From assembly GCA_963792585.1 (NCBI GenBank), contig CAWBWI010000001.1, positions 1,600,001-1,664,000 of the forward strand: a stretch of 64,000 nucleotides of DNA. Direction: 5' to 3'. Within the stretch, counting starts at the first letter, position 1, and the number at the start of each line of letters is the position of its first letter. The notes beneath the pieces are model-generated. The model saw only the letters and a program-made list of their open reading frames with translations. It did no database searches and was not told the DNA's origin. The position numbers and the translations under genes were made by a program. The stretch is from Candidatus Eiseniibacteriota bacterium (GTDB lineage: Bacteria > Eisenbacteria > RBG-16-71-46 > CAIMUX01 > VGJL01). Positions 63,444 to 64,000 of the stretch are shown here, one piece after another.

Positions 63444-64000
63444 CGAGTTCGTGCATACCGTCGGAAGAGATCGGACGGGTCGCGGGGCTTCCCCTCGATT
63501 CCCCGGAGCGCGTGCACGCCGCGAACTGCCCGCGTTGCCGCGCGAGCCTGGCCACCTATCTGGAGTTCATGGGGGACGGCACCGTACCCGCGGGGGCGAT
63601 GCCGGGCGCGGCGGAGGCAATGCTCCGCGCCGCGTTTCGCGAAGCTGCCGCGGCCGGCGCGGGCGTGCCGGCACCACCATCTCCCGCACCCGTGCCGGCT
63701 CCCCAGGCGACGCCGGCGCGTTCCCGCGCCGCGGACTCGGGCTTCCTCGCGACTCTGCGCGCGATCCTGCGCCCGGCAGTCCTGGTCCCCGCGGTCGTGG
63801 GGATCGTGGCGATCGGCATCTACGCCGGCTACGACCGGTACCGGATGACCCACGCGCCCGATGCGCTCCGCGGGGCCGAATCGACGGGCAAGGCCGGCGC
63901 CGCCGCGATCGAGGTCGAATCCGCCCATGCCGTCGAGAGCGGGATCGAAATGCGCTGGCGGGCCGTCCCCGGCGCCACATCCTACGGGGTGACGATCCTG
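63440..64000 (+). CDS. Zinc-binding (ZAS-type) membrane anti-sigma factor (partial)
   Basis: Not in the ORF track; translated by hand. ATGA overlap; MTSSCIPSEE..VHAANCPRCRA (HxxxCxxC); TM LVPAVVGIVAIGIYAGY; extracytoplasmic DALRG..WRAVPGATSYGVTIL; open to the window edge. Confidence 0.85.
   Translation, partial: MTSSCIPSEEIGRVAGLPLDSPERVHAANCPRCRASLATYLEFMGDGTVPAGAMPGAAEAMLRAAFREAAAAGAGVPAPPSPAPVPAPQATPARSRAADSGFLATLRAILRPAVLVPAVVGIVAIGIYAGYDRYRMTHAPDALRGAESTGKAGAAAIEVESAHAVESGIEMRWRAVPGATSYGVTIL

Noticed and set aside
59862..64000. CRISPR-associated Craspase locus
   Set aside because: No cas genes or repeat-spacer array in the window, and this CHAT protein appears to be exported.

Overview
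High-GC bacterial chromosomal window, probably from a long-read or metagenomic assembly. Four secreted proteins end in FlgD-Ig/T9SS-like C-terminal domains, which suggests an FCB-related candidate lineage such as Eisenbacteria or Krumholzibacteria (inference only). I found no CRISPR array, rRNA, tRNA, transposase or phage gene. Left to right the window holds: secreted proteins and peptidases; two tandem triple-repeat lipoproteins divergent from an ECF sigma plus a membrane-anchored vWA (YfbK-like) protein; metabolic genes; a 13-kb minus-strand cluster with a hydrogenase-type regulatory cassette (2x DRTGG, RsbT-like kinase, degenerate [FeFe]-hydrogenase-like Fe-S protein), a StnABC/NfnABC-like electron-bifurcating enzyme, a porin, a lactate permease and a cyclophilin; a polysaccharide export locus; a selenocysteine peroxiredoxin that the ORF track splits; a complete proton-type F1Fo atp operon; an S8 subtilase homologue lacking its catalytic Ser and oxyanion Asn; a CTD-carrier plus fibre-like protein pair; a decayed two-gene operon behind a WYL/PafBC-like promoter; and a membrane-anchored TPR-CHAT protease, ECF sigma and zinc anti-sigma triad. 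That triad is the best candidate for an undescribed signalling system. Two blocks (about 21.3-30.3 kb and 46.9-54.3 kb) are dense with frameshifts that are most likely consensus errors, so coordinates there are approximate.
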